From Schizochytrium sp. TIO01 (Eukaryota > Protista > Bigyra: Labyrinthulomycetes): a stretch of 64,000 nucleotides of DNA. A program made the translations under genes and the position numbers. Under the pieces are notes generated by a model that had not been told where the DNA came from, searched no databases, and saw only the letters and a program-made list of their open reading frames with translations. The DNA is taken from assembly GCA_004764695.1 (NCBI GenBank), contig SMSO01000032.1:6542483-6606482 (forward strand), given 5' to 3'. Shown in pieces: positions 33,824 through 46,402 of this stretch (position 1 is its first letter; every line of letters begins with the position of its first letter).

Positions 33824-35472
33824 TGATTGTGCAGGAGAAGCAGTGGCATTGATTTGATAGAGCCTTCTACTTCGAGGCTGGTCTGATCTCGTGAAGTCGT
33901 GTCTTAATATGCAAGATCGATAAAGATAACGGCTTCGCAGATGGTCTAAATCAGTTCGTGGAGGGCGTGCCAGTTTCTTCACTTAGCTAGGGATATCCTG
34001 CGGCTTGAGCGCAGACCTTAGTGCACCAATCCACCATAAAATACATGAAACTGTCTGTCTATAAACAAATAGAACGATCTCTTTCTTTGAGTTTCACTCC
34101 TCCGTTGTGCTTTGCGCTTGACTACGTTCTTGCGTTTGATCAACTCGAACTTGAAGACGTTCGTTTCCGAATCCAATGAACTCATTCATCTTAGGAAGAT
34201 GTTGCTCTTATGAATTGTTAATTTTAAAATAAGTATTAATTAAGTGTTAAAGTTTTAAACAAAATAGGACATAATACTACCCTGAGTAAGATGCCTGATT
34301 TTGCTCATTCTATTTTATCATTTTCCCCCACAAATTAAATTAAATTTACTTACAATCAACAAAGGAGGACTGGAAAAATAGAACAGTGGCGCTGTGTTTT
34401 CTACACAGATTCAATTTGCTACAGAGTTCAGACACCGTTTAAGTCCTCCTTCCAACTATTGAGAGTTCGGCTCAAGGTTGAATTGAGTGATGGAAGAATG
34501 CGACATTTGGGGTGTTATAGTAAATGATATGTGGTGAAATAGGAGTGACTCTGGCGCATCGGTCTTTCTCTTTTGCATTCAGCGGTGATGATGACAAATT
34601 GATGATCAACCAACAAAAGCAGAAGTTATCTAGAAACTTCGGATGCAGGAGCAGAAGGTGGCGCTTCTAGAAAAGCATCGTTTGCCTCTAAATGTGACGC
34701 TCGAAGGTGGGATTTCAAGGTACCTTTTGAGAGGTCCGTGTTAGGATAGGTTCCGGTTTTATATTCGTGGGACAGGGGACCCGCTCTACGTTGCTACGTT
34801 GATGTTTTGTTTGGGAAAATCGAAGCTTTGGAGGTTGACAACTGCGGAGGATATGAACTGTTCTGCAAGATAGCGTTATGAATGCGGTTGAAACAAAAGG
34901 TGCCGAGTGAAGATGATGTAGGGTGTGTGAGCAGATATCAGGAAGTCTTGGTTCTGGTTTCGTCATTTGAATTTTAAAATGGAGATATGATAACCATTTT
35001 GATATTCCTTCGAACATTGGGCTTTAAAAAATCTTAATTTGCATTCTTGAAGCGAGAAATTCACAGCAAAATAGGATTGCCAATGTTGTAAAAACTATGT
35101 CATGTGCCAGTGCGCATAGAAGATTTCAAGCATTGTTGTCTAAAGTAAGGTTTAGAATACGGCACCTAAGCAAAGTATCAATACTTCATCCAAGACTGCC
35201 TATAGGGTGAGTCTATGTGCGCATTCCTTATTTTTTAGGCGGAGGTAGTAACTATAGTTTGACCAAATACTTATGATGAGTTGGGTGAATCTTCATACAT
35301 ATAAATTCTAAGTGATTTGCACACTTTCAGGATAAAAGAAAACCAGAAACGAACGAGCGGGCGGTTACTATTGATTTTTTACGAATGCACCACAAAAAAA
35401 AATCCCTAAGAATTTCAACGACGAGAAATAATCGCATGTAGATTTTCAGATTAAGGAAAATAGATAATCAAT

Positions 35473-38400
35473 TTAAACGATTTTGTAAAGGTCATAGGAG
35501 ACGCGTTCAGCTTCGCGCAAGCGCGCTGCATAAATCGGTTCACGTAAGTATGCTTCCATAAGTTCATAAACCCCATCAAGTGATCTACTAATTTCGTGCA
35601 AGCAATCACCCAAAAGCGGAAGATTGAGCATAAGGGCGAGATTTCGAGAAGATACTACACTCTCCAAGAAAAGTTCATCCCGATATGCCCGGCTTACGAA
35701 ATCATGCAGAATTGCACCGAGCAGTCTTGGAGACGCAACAATCGGACGGAGGGCTGGGCTTGACCGTCGTTGCCGATTGTTCAATTGAAAAGCAATTGCA
35801 GAGAAGGATGTAGTTAACCATCTGTTGGCTGCAAAGAAAGCACTTGCAGTAGTCCTATCCATGGTCTTTGCGGGTTGACCATCCTTGTCGCGAGAATATA
35901 TCATAACACCACCAAGATGATTAATCTTCCAAAGGGAAAGCCACACTTGCTGAGAACTCTTTACTGCTTTTGCATATGCAGGGAGAGGCGCGTCAAAGTT
36001 AATTTTTTGCATATCCTCAAGTTGAATCGATCGCAACAGGAGACCAGTCTTAAAGTATAATAACTGGGCAAGTCTATGCTCATATGCAGCCAGCTGAGAG
36101 GTGCCGATGGTGATGTCCTCTGGATGCTCATACTCATTGGTCAAGATCTGCTCCGTAATGAGGGTAAAATCATGGTACGCATCCGAGATAGCTAAGCGAA
36201 TAGATTCCCGTCCATTTTTAGGCCACACAAGAGTCGCCAGAATAAGAGCTCCTCCTGCACCCACAGCGGTTGATGCAAGCACATATCCACCTTCGCGCCA
36301 GATATTGTTTGTTGCGGGATCTGACAAAGTTACAAAGCCAGTAGAGATACTTGCTAGAGTACGCATCATACTGAAGCCAATGTAGCCCCACCCTGGCCAC
36401 TTGGTTTTAAACCACAGGTAGCAAAAGAGCGCAACAACCTCAAAGCCATAAAGGATCCATTTGCGGTTATCATCTGTACAGCCATTGATACATGCTAACT
36501 CCCACGCAATACCAATAACAATACAACCAACGAAGACGCCAACAATACGTTGAATGACACGTTCAATCACAAGGCCTGTTTGAATCTTAAATAAAACCAC
36601 TTGGAAAGCGAAGATACCGTTCAGAAACTGCACGACTGTGTACAATTGATATGACCGCTCCAATAGGCCAGGTAAGATCATTAAGGTTGTGCCTAGCGCA
36701 AATTTGAGAGCGAGTTTCCATTCATCTGATGAAAAGAAATTTATAATTTTGTATTCCCAACGGGCAACCATAGAGCCCCATGGTTTGTAGAAATTCTCCC
36801 GGTCCGTGTTTTCTGAAGACGGAACAATCACATCATGAAAAGGATATGTTAAATGCCATTCCTTACCAGCCAATGAAGAATCTGGTGTAGACTCCTTTTC
36901 GAGCTGCTTCACAACATTTTTTTGCTCTTGAACGAGTTTGAGAAGAATGAGTACATAACTGACTAGTTTTGTACGCTTAAAGAAAACGTGCTTGTCTGGG
37001 GAACCTTCAAAAGATTGGTCATATGCTTTCCCCGCATGCGACCGAAGGTAGCGTTCCATCCACGAAATAGAAAGATCTTCGAGATCTTGAGCAATTTTCT
37101 CCATTGCGTCTTGCTCGCGTGCCAGGAACCCAAAAGTACGTTGGCGCTCCTCATCCATAGATTTATCCGAAGGCTTCATGCCCACCAACTTTGCCATACG
37201 ATGACCACCGAGCTCTAGCAATAAACTCAATTTAGCCATAAGAATAGGAATATTTTCGCGCTCAAGCGTTTTACGCGCAGCATCTTGAGAGTTTATTGTA
37301 GCGTCCTCGATACAATCCTGCTTGATAAAGGTCTCTCGATGGTACTCCAAAACTTCAGATGGTCCCTCCTCATCACCAGATGGTTCAAAGTCAGCACGTG
37401 AGTTAATCACATCACCAGCAGCTGCACGAGCTATACGTGAGAGACTCAAGGAACTTTCGTATCGCATCAAATAGCGGTAACCATCGCCTTTGAAGAGAAA
37501 ACGCGTCTCTAAGAGCGTGGAATTAACCCATTTCTGCATAACAGGAATTGATCCTAGCTCTTTAAGACGCGCTTCATCTAGCTGGTCCAATAATTCCTTT
37601 TCAATCAACGTTTGTTCTAAATTGCCCCTTGGGTCCAGCGTGTGCGTGGCGATACGGTCATAAACAGGGCGTAGATTCCGCAACATACTAGCGTAAAGGG
37701 AGTAATGATTCCGAAGGGCAGATCGCGTTTCGCTTCCGGTTGACCATGGAAAGATCGTCATAGCTCCAAGCCAATGCAGGAAGTAGGCTGCTGCAAGACC
37801 GAAGGTTGCACCACCAAGGGCAATCATGGCTTCTTTAAATGGTTGCTCGTAGTCATGCATATTGTAGATCTGGAAGAGGGACATGTGTATAATTGAGTAG
37901 GTAATAGTGGGACCCAAAAGTGTCATCATACCTGAAGCGTTGAAGGACTGCACAGAAAAGGCAATCATAACGCCAACAGAAAAGAGAATCAGGTACCCCG
38001 TGATATTTCGGGGCGAAATAGCGAGAATTAGGAGAGTATAAGCTACATAAAATGGCCAAGAAGAAATCAACAGTATGAGCTGATGGCATTCATGGCCGAT
38101 GGAGGTCATATGCAAAGGACGCAATGCCAGAATCATTGCCAGAATTGGCAATAAAAGCGATGTTCTGTAGGATATTGTTTGAATAGGTTCGAAGAATGGA
38201 AGCAGGAGTGCGATTGTTGATACAACTGAGGTACGCAGGAGAATTTTTTCTGCGAGGCCAAAAGTAAATCTCCTTTTTTTAATAGGTGGTGGAGGAGGTG
38301 CCGTCTGTTCCTCGCCAGCCTCTCCCTTTTCAAGATCATGCATGGAATGACCAGGAATTTTCATGTCTGCCAGAGATTTCCGGGCATACTGATCAACTTT

Positions 38401-38553
38401 CTCAAGCCAGTTGTCGCCCGCAGAAATATCATGGCGGAAGGTCCGGTATTCGCGACGCTCTTGCTCACCAGCTTCTGCAAGCTCACTCTCGTGGCGGCGT
38501 TCCGCTTCATCTTCAGTCCAATCCTGAAAGAGTGCATCCGCCCGGTCAGCCAT
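35473..38553 (-). CDS. ALMT/FUSC-superfamily membrane protein, paralog 5, 1026 aa
   Basis: Same motif set. Shares WELACINGCTD.NRKWIL, WFKTKWP and EEDGPSE/DEEGPSE with paralog 4. Confidence 0.8.
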   Translation of the reverse strand: MADRADALFQDWTEDEAERRHESELAEAGEQERREYRTFRHDISAGDNWLEKVDQYARKSLADMKIPGHSMHDLEKGEAGEEQTAPPPPPIKKRRFTFGLAEKILLRTSVVSTIALLLPFFEPIQTISYRTSLLLPILAMILALRPLHMTSIGHECHQLILLISSWPFYVAYTLLILAISPRNITGYLILFSVGVMIAFSVQSFNASGMMTLLGPTITYSIIHMSLFQIYNMHDYEQPFKEAMIALGGATFGLAAAYFLHWLGAMTIFPWSTGSETRSALRNHYSLYASMLRNLRPVYDRIATHTLDPRGNLEQTLIEKELLDQLDEARLKELGSIPVMQKWVNSTLLETRFLFKGDGYRYLMRYESSLSLSRIARAAAGDVINSRADFEPSGDEEGPSEVLEYHRETFIKQDCIEDATINSQDAARKTLERENIPILMAKLSLLLELGGHRMAKLVGMKPSDKSMDEERQRTFGFLAREQDAMEKIAQDLEDLSISWMERYLRSHAGKAYDQSFEGSPDKHVFFKRTKLVSYVLILLKLVQEQKNVVKQLEKESTPDSSLAGKEWHLTYPFHDVIVPSSENTDRENFYKPWGSMVARWEYKIINFFSSDEWKLALKFALGTTLMILPGLLERSYQLYTVVQFLNGIFAFQVVLFKIQTGLVIERVIQRIVGVFVGCIVIGIAWELACINGCTDDNRKWILYGFEVVALFCYLWFKTKWPGWGYIGFSMMRTLASISTGFVTLSDPATNNIWREGGYVLASTAVGAGGALILATLVWPKNGRESIRLAISDAYHDFTLITEQILTNEYEHPEDITIGTSQLAAYEHRLAQLLYFKTGLLLRSIQLEDMQKINFDAPLPAYAKAVKSSQQVWLSLWKINHLGGVMIYSRDKDGQPAKTMDRTTASAFFAANRWLTTSFSAIAFQLNNRQRRSSPALRPIVASPRLLGAILHDFVSRAYRDELFLESVVSSRNLALMLNLPLLGDCLHEISRSLDGVYELMEAYLREPIYAARLREAERVSYDLYKIV

Positions 38554-39457
38554 TATGATTGGTCCGTGCTTAGTAGGGTTGTGCTGTTTGAGTGAAATTT
38601 GTCGTATGAACCTGCAACCCTAAACAATCCGAGCCAAAGCAAGATGATTGAGCAGAAATATACTAAAATTGCGTTCCTAGTATGCAACCCCGAACGAATA
38701 GTCCCCAGCCAGTTTGCGAGCCCACCTGAGCAGAGAATGTACGGATGCAGTCAGGATTCCTTCGATCCCGCTGAGCTTGCTCGCAGTAATAGCTCGAGAG
38801 AGCCACTTATTGAGCTGAGCAAATGCGATCCCTCAACGAATTTCAATTAATGGAAGACTGAGTTAAAGCGAAGCTACGGTTCCCTGAGGATCTCGACACG
38901 CTTTCGCCTTCGGATCAAAGATATGAGTAGCGCCAGACGATACCTATTCTTCAGATACTGCTTTGTCCAATGCACTTATGGGCGGAATTTAATCGACTTG
39001 GCAGCCTGATATAATATTGAGAAGGTTATGAAGCGTTGGACAATCACCTCATTCAAACCTGCTCACTACCGAAGGGCTTGTTTCCCCTTCTTTGGAGCCT
39101 TGTCGAACACTTACAAAGAATTCTGCTGAAGGCTGCCAGGCTCAGCCACCCGACCTCGAGGTTTCTGACCGTTTCGCCTTGAGGACTGGCCGCGAGAGAT
39201 GTTACTGCTTTGCTTCGCCTTGCTTTGGTTATGGTGTATGAGGTTTGTTCTGTTTTGTTTCGTTTTTATAGTTGCTTTCTTTTTACTTTAACTCAAAGTT
39301 ATTTGTTGTTTGTAGTGGCTTTTTGTATTTTTTCAGCCGATAGCCTTGCGAGTTTGAGGCGACCACAGAGTAGACTCGGTAAGCCAGAATACGCTCGCCA
39401 ACAGAATTGACTGGCAGAAAAGAGAGAGAAATCTGGAGGTGGAATAGGTTTTGCACG
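38554..39457 (-). promoter_or_regulatory. Putative AUG-depleted 5' leader of paralog 5
   Basis: 904 nt with one sense ATG (39052), which falls inside a GTAAGT..CAG intron candidate (39114-39006). Confidence 0.6.
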
Positions 39458-42166
39458 CATCTTGGTGGCGTCAGTATTCATTTATCTCATTCGAATTGGA
39501 ATGATTGGAACGTATCGGGTGCAGTGTTAATACTTTCGCTACTTTTAAAAGACGAACACAGAAAGTGGCGCAAACAAACATAACCAAACAAATCAACCTC
39601 TGACGCTATTTACGGTCGATTGTATGTTCTGATTCAATGTGTCAGAGGTTGAAAAGTAAAAGTGGATGTGAAATGCGAGCGATTGATTGATTGTGTAATC
39701 AAACTTGATTTGTTAGTAGGCCAGGTATGAAAACAACTCTAATTTATACTATAGTAGTGGTAAGGGTTATATAAAATTACCACATCAGCACCTTTTTTAC
39801 CGTAGCATTCTTCTATATTTATTTAAATAAATTGAATTAAAAAAAAACTTTTTAAAAAACTTTAAAACTTAAAAGCGTGACTAAACCTTAGAGACTCTAA
39901 CTTTACAAAAATAAAAATAAATAAAAATTGACGCTGTCTTTTTGTTGTGCATGGAATTTTTACGATATTTTTACGAGAGACAAACACTGTTGTATATACT
40001 AAAGCGATAGCAGCGCTTCATTCCAACCGTGGCTTATTAGTCTCGTGGTCGCATTTAGCACATCCGCAACACCACCTTGACCGAGGTAGCCATGCTAACT
40101 AGTTTCTTAGCTTCTAGTCGTACTTATTCATTGGTCTGGGTGCTACGAATTTGTGACGCAAGGTACATCGTCGTCATCCAGTTCCTCTCATCACTATAAT
40201 CTTTGAAAACTGCTCGGTGCATCTCCGTGTTGTACCCATCGACACAAGTCGCCAGCAGTGGAGACAATGATGATGAGGTGCGCAGGACAACCACGATCTT
40301 TGGATTGACACATATGTATTTAAGAGCAAGTTATGATTGATTGCTGATCTGCACATGAATTTTTATTTTTGTTTTCACTTTTACTTTACTTGCTAGACTT
40401 TTATTTGTGAATAACCATCTTCACTTCTTTTGTTTAGGTGAACTGAGATAGATCCCTGAAGTATATTAGTGCTTCTTATGGACCCATAATATATCGTGAC
40501 CGGAACAATTTAGCTACTCGATGCGCCCACTTGAGAAAACAGGAGCTTCTACTCTCCTTAACTTTTCAATGCTTTTTATTTATTTAATTAAAAATAAGTA
40601 AAAAAGATCTTCTTCTTTTTTCAACATAAGCCTTACTTAGATTGTCGTTCAAGGAAGCAACTAATCACCAAGACTTTTTAATCAGTAAAAACTGCTAATA
40701 CAGAGATAATAAACTTCTTTTGAGATAATTCCAGAACCCTTGGGGTCACTTTGTGCTCAAGTGCTGGTGATGTATATTTACTATTTGAAGCACGGTAGAA
40801 ACTTTAGACAGTTCTACTCAAGCAATAAATTATAGGTGTTTTTACATTACATATTTTTAATTCTAGATGAGCGTCTCTAGGAATAGGTTTGAACTCATCG
40901 TTGAACTGCTAAGCAATAACATTTAGCTTTGTTACGAACCATCTCGCCCTCAGGTTTAGAATTGAACAGGACAATCTCGCCAAACCTGCGCCTACATTGC
41001 CACCATATCTCAGACATAGCAATTTTGACAAATTTTCTACTCTGACGTCCTTAATTTACTTACAGGACGCTCAAGGTTATTTTTAGTGACCAGCCCTCGT
41101 TTCTGCTTCGATCCCAAAACCGAGCACGAAACCTAGCTTAGGTAACTTCAGGTGCATTTGCATCGCTCAAGGAAGAATGTATTACCCCCAATTCTAAGAA
41201 GCACCTACTAACAAGAGCGTGTTTACACCTTAGTCAGAGGTTGCATACGTGAGTTTGGAGGATTCTATACTCTCAGATTATATGAGTTTAAGATTGCTCC
41301 ATTTCAAAATCAAGTTGCAGAAAAGACAAGACAAGAAGCAGAAAAGACAACACTGTTAGACCTGTGGATTAGCGTAACGCTAAAAAAGCAAAAGCTACGC
41401 AATCGCTTGCCGTAAATGCACGTATCTCATTCGCCTCATACTTAATACCACAATCCATTAGACGTAGTATTACATATAATGTGCTTCGATGATTATACTA
41501 TAAAGGCCAGCTTCCCTCGGGACATGAAGCAAGAACGAGATATGTAATAATTGCTTGCTTTGTTATAAAAAGACATACGTGGGCTTATAAACCCATTTCG
41601 AAATGTTACACGTTAGCGTGTTTGTAAATATATTCGTCATCTATACAAGCGCGTTGAAGGGTTGATGATTTGTATAAACGTCAATGTGATTTTTTCTTCC
41701 ACATTTGGTCCACTCACGTCGGTAAAGGAAGAAAGGATCACATCAAATTCGATTCATTATCAACTATCAAAGAGCCTGTATGTTTCTGCCACTTAATTCA
41801 GAAGTTGCATATGTCTCAAAGCTAGGTTTGGTGATTTCTATACCGAATGGATTTAGCATCGTCCCATTTCCAATTTGAAAGAAAGAAAAAAAAAAAAAAA
41901 ACTAAAAAGAAGGAAAGAAAACAAGAGAGTAGACGTTTGCGTTGCCACTATAAAGCCTTTGAATTAGCGTCATGCCCATACAGCAAGGAGACGGGTGATT
42001 GCTTGCTCTGTGAATGTGCATAGCTTTTTGCTTCCGTGGTACAGTAGTAACAAATGCCACCATTAAGGACATTATAGATTTTCACTTTGTTTTTCATTTT
42101 AAAAAATTAACTCAAGAGCATATGGAAAAAAACAAAAAATGTAGCGTGTGTCAATATCTGCAAGAT

Positions 42167-45100
42167 TTACACAAGCGAGATGTAGGGGTGATGATTGGTA
42201 TAGACATCAAAGGTTTTCTCTTCGGCATCCCGGAGATCTAAAGCATAGGTTGGTTTGTTCAGAAAATGCTCCATGAAGGTAAAAACCTCGTCCAGGGAAT
42301 GTGAAATAATCGTCAAGTTCTGCGCGAGTAAAGGCAAGCTCAGGAGCTTGGACAGATCATTTGATTGAAGTAAATGATCAATAAATTTCTTGTCTTGGTA
42401 GGCTTGGCGCAGAAAACCATGAACCATACTTTTCAACAAAGGTGGAGTTGCTGCCAAGGGCCGCAACACAGGGAGAGAATCACGACGATCCGAAAGCAAA
42501 CGCGCTGACACTGCTGTAAAGGCTGATGTGAGCCATCTATTTACCGCAAAAAAGGCTTGCGCAGTTTCATGTTGCATAGCCTCAACTGTATTACCTTGGG
42601 CATCGCGCATATAAATGCGAATGCCTCCAAGGTGATGCAGCTTCCACAAAGAGTGCCAAATGCGACGGGTGCTCTCGACTGCTTTGACGTACTCTTCATG
42701 AGGGGCATCATAGCGAATTCTTTGCTGAGTTTCAAGGAGGGCTGATCGCAATTTGCCTGCCATATTCACGTATAACGTGGATGCAATTTGGTCTTCAAAT
42801 GCAGCCACTTTTTGCGACGTGCATTCTGACATTTCTGGATGCTTGAGCCGCTCCGTGAGAACCTGCTCGTACAAAAGAATGAAGTCATGATATACTTGAG
42901 CTAGATTTTGACGAATCAGCAATCTCCCACTAACGGGCCAGATACAAAGTGCTAAGAACAAAGCACCAACAGCACCAATTACGCTCGAAAGCATTACATA
43001 GCCCGCAGTTATCCAATAGTAAGAATGCGTTCTTTCCGAGGCATTAAAATAAATAATCACCATACTAGTAATGGTCCGCAACAGAGAGAAGAACGCGTAT
43101 GCATAATTTGGTTTCGTTTGCTTGATAAAAAAATATGCGCCCAAGGCGAGCATTTCAAAAGCAAAAAATATCCACTCATGGTTTTCCGTACCACAGCCAC
43201 CAATGCAAGTGAACTCCCATGCAATGCCGGCAAGAACTAGGCCTGCAGCAATCCCACCTAAACGATGAAAAAATCTCTCGATAATCAGACCTTCCTGAGT
43301 TTTCAATAGAACAACCTCAAATGTAAAGATTGCATTGATGAGCTGTACCGTAGAGTAAGCTTGATAAGAAGAGGGAAGCATAGCCGGGAGTGAGAGCATG
43401 GCTGTTCCAAAGGCAAATTTTAAAGACCCTTTCCATCCAAGGTCCGAAAAATATTTGACCATTGCGGACTCTAATCGACCAACCGTTCCCTCCGGTGGCA
43501 CATAGAGGGCGCGCCGCGCTGCGTACTGTGCCCCTTTTAGGAGCTGATCAACAAATGGAAACGTTGATGTCCATTCTTTTTTCCAATTATTTGGATTGGC
43601 GCGACTCTCGGCCTGAAATGTTAGCAATGTGTCTTCATGTGCCTTGACGAGTTTGACCAGAGCACGCACATATGTGATGAGTTTGATGCGTCGAAAGAAT
43701 GCAGCAACGAGTTCTGAAGATCTACTTTCTGCCAGAGTTGCATGCATGCGGATGTAACGTTTCGTCCAGCTCACTGCAAGTTTATCAAGCTCTTCAGCTA
43801 TGGAGTTAAGGATTTCTTGCTCTTTCAATAACACACTAAAGTCTTCTGTGTAGGTATTGTCTCCGGGGCGAGACCTGGCAAGGTCTGAAAAGCGATGCGC
43901 TCCAAGCTCCAGCAACAAGCTCAACTCCGTTATCAGAACAGGTATGCGATCTAGCTCAAGCTTACGCTGCTCATCATTTTCTTGAGAATGGGCATTCTTA
44001 TCACGAAGAGTTGATCCCTCGTTTTCGAAAAGCTCCTTCTCGTCGCGAAGTTCGTTGGCAAGTTTCTCGAAGTCCTTGTTCGTCATACCAAGGATATCAG
44101 ATGCCGTACTTCGTGCAATGCGGGTTAGATGCAAACTTTTGTCGTATCGATCGAGATAGGCCATACCTTCTCCATTGAACTTGAAACGAGTCTCTACCAG
44201 AGCGGCCTCTAACCAGCTTTGCGTCAGAGTAATAGAGTTAATTTCCTGATCTCGAACCTCGTCAAGTTTTTGAAGCACGTCTGCCTCGATGCAAGAATCA
44301 TCATACTTTGATTCGTGCAAAGGGTCAAGTGTATACACAGCAATTCGATCATACACAGGCCGAAGTTTATGGAGAAGACTGGCATATGCAGAGTATCTCG
44401 CACCAAGCGCATCCTGCAAGCGGCCAGTAGCCATAAAAGGAAAGAAAATAAAGGAAGCAACAAGGTGCATGGCTATCGGCATTGCCATAGAAAAGGTACC
44501 ATTATTAAGAATGGTAATACTTTTTGCAAAAATTTCATCTTCCGAGGTGAGACCTTTGAAATTACCAGCTGAGTACATTGAAACGGCTGTGACGGAAAAG
44601 TTAATGAGCTGGACTACCGTGGTTGGGAGATTTGGAGGGTGTTTCCATACCAATAAAATGAGGCCTCCTACTGCAAGCGCTTGAAGTGTCATGTACCCGC
44701 CTAAATTGTGAATAGTAACAGCCACCATGAACACGGCATAGGCATAAATGCATGGCCAAATAGCAATAAAGATCATTGCACTGTTTACCTCCATACCAAT
44801 GCTTGTGTGTTGAAGTGGTCGCAACGTTAGTACGACAGTATACACTGGAATAAGATTTGTGAGCTGCCCTGCAAGATGACGAATTGTGACTGAGAATGGC
44901 AAAAGAAGGCCAATGATGCACACGAGTACATGTCGGATAAGGTTTTTATCTGCTTGCGAAAGACTGTGAATTTTCTGATACAAGAAACCCCATGGAGTAT
45001 GGGCACTGGATAGTAAAGCTTCTTTCTTTTCGTGTACTGATTTAGCGGTATGGGAGTCCCCGCTCTCGATGTCTGACGCCGGCCCATGACTGGAGCCCTT

Positions 45101-45349
45101 AACAAGTTTTGATTCTATCGGCGAAAGATCATGCTTTGACACAACAGACTCAAAGCCTGACATATTACGCAAGTAATCTCGAGCATATTGCTCCACCCCG
45201 TTTGGTGAGGCACCTATTTGACTTCTAATGCGTTCAGCTTCTTCACGCTCTGCATTGTTGGCATCTTGCAGCTCACTGCGCAAGCGATCTTCCCTCCTTT
45301 CTTGGTCAAAGTCCTCAAACACTGCATCTGCTGCAGCATTGTCCGTCAT
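42167..45349 (-). CDS. ALMT/FUSC-superfamily membrane protein, paralog 6, 1060 aa
   Basis: Same motif set. Shares ALVETRFKFNGEGMAYLDRY and HRLGGIAAGLVLAGIAWEFTCIGGCG with paralog 7. Confidence 0.8.
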   Translation of the reverse strand: MTDNAAADAVFEDFDQERREDRLRSELQDANNAEREEAERIRSQIGASPNGVEQYARDYLRNMSGFESVVSKHDLSPIESKLVKGSSHGPASDIESGDSHTAKSVHEKKEALLSSAHTPWGFLYQKIHSLSQADKNLIRHVLVCIIGLLLPFSVTIRHLAGQLTNLIPVYTVVLTLRPLQHTSIGMEVNSAMIFIAIWPCIYAYAVFMVAVTIHNLGGYMTLQALAVGGLILLVWKHPPNLPTTVVQLINFSVTAVSMYSAGNFKGLTSEDEIFAKSITILNNGTFSMAMPIAMHLVASFIFFPFMATGRLQDALGARYSAYASLLHKLRPVYDRIAVYTLDPLHESKYDDSCIEADVLQKLDEVRDQEINSITLTQSWLEAALVETRFKFNGEGMAYLDRYDKSLHLTRIARSTASDILGMTNKDFEKLANELRDEKELFENEGSTLRDKNAHSQENDEQRKLELDRIPVLITELSLLLELGAHRFSDLARSRPGDNTYTEDFSVLLKEQEILNSIAEELDKLAVSWTKRYIRMHATLAESRSSELVAAFFRRIKLITYVRALVKLVKAHEDTLLTFQAESRANPNNWKKEWTSTFPFVDQLLKGAQYAARRALYVPPEGTVGRLESAMVKYFSDLGWKGSLKFAFGTAMLSLPAMLPSSYQAYSTVQLINAIFTFEVVLLKTQEGLIIERFFHRLGGIAAGLVLAGIAWEFTCIGGCGTENHEWIFFAFEMLALGAYFFIKQTKPNYAYAFFSLLRTITSMVIIYFNASERTHSYYWITAGYVMLSSVIGAVGALFLALCIWPVSGRLLIRQNLAQVYHDFILLYEQVLTERLKHPEMSECTSQKVAAFEDQIASTLYVNMAGKLRSALLETQQRIRYDAPHEEYVKAVESTRRIWHSLWKLHHLGGIRIYMRDAQGNTVEAMQHETAQAFFAVNRWLTSAFTAVSARLLSDRRDSLPVLRPLAATPPLLKSMVHGFLRQAYQDKKFIDHLLQSNDLSKLLSLPLLAQNLTIISHSLDEVFTFMEHFLNKPTYALDLRDAEEKTFDVYTNHHPYISLV

Positions 45350-46402
45350 ATTGGCGGCAGGTTGTAGTTGACGTTGAAGGCAACCTCGAGCCCGGCCCTA
45401 CCCAATCTGTGTCGAGCTAAGACCTACGACGAGTAGAACTATGTCAATAGGTATAGATGTGACCTAGGCACCTTGCCAAAGCCAGCCAGCGGCTACCCGC
45501 TTGGTAGCGTCGTTGCCGCCCTAGCCCTTATAAATGATCTCGTTGTTGTTAATTTGCAGCCCTTTCTCTATTGACAAGAGCTTGTGCCTTCGATGCTTGT
45601 TGTCCACTCTTGATTTGGCCTGCTCCACGTATATTCTGCTCGTTCGAAACGTGTTTGCTTCTTCAACCCCTGGATACTCAATGTCCCTCGATAAATTCCA
45701 AATGCTCAAGAAATAGATGCTTTGGTAGCTTCTTAACATGAAAAGTAGGTCCAGGCACTAACTTTCTCAGACCACTGTATATAAGTACAGAGGCGAACCG
45801 CAGACGGATCCAGTGAGCTCTAATGCCAGTGTCCAAGGCGTCCCTCTATTTCAGAGAGATTCAACTTGCCAGCGTACGCCTTCCAAAGTTGCGGCGAGCT
45901 CAATCTTGCTCTCGCAAGTGTAATTTTCGCGTGCGTCCGTCCGTCTTCGGCACTTGCAAGCTTCCGCCCGAAGACTCGCCAGCTCAAGTAATTGGCCCTT
46001 GCCTTCTAGCCTAGCCTAGCAGCCAAACAATAAGCAAGTCTTTCGCCAGCACTCGCGATGAGCCCGACTTGGCTCCGATTTGCCTCCTCGCTTGACGCTT
46101 CGCCGTTTTCTTCCTCGTAAACTCCAATCTGTGTTTCAATATTGAGAGAACCCTCCACAATTTGCTTATGCTGGGTACTTCTCGAAATGAACCAACCAGG
46201 CAAGCCAAAGCCGGGCTTCTCCAAGCACACCACCACGATGCAGGGTTTCTGCAATGTATCAATCAGGAAAGGGTATTGCCTCTTCCCAGAAGGGAGCCAA
46301 CGTAATCAATATATCCTCAATGCGGATTTGCACGAATAACAAGAAAGACCACTAAAAAACACTCTGCTTTTTTTTTTTTTTTTTTTTTTTTTTCCTCTGT
46401 TT
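45350..46402 (-). promoter_or_regulatory. Putative AUG-depleted 5' leader of paralog 6 containing one uORF
   Basis: 1053 nt with one sense ATG (45739), which opens a 72-codon uORF. Confidence 0.6.

Noticed and set aside
31720-35400. Possible ninth, decayed paralog in the large gap between paralogs 4 and 5
   Set aside because: No family motifs (LRP, LETRF, GAHR, NFDAP) seen in the listed ORFs. tBLASTn would be needed to exclude it fully.
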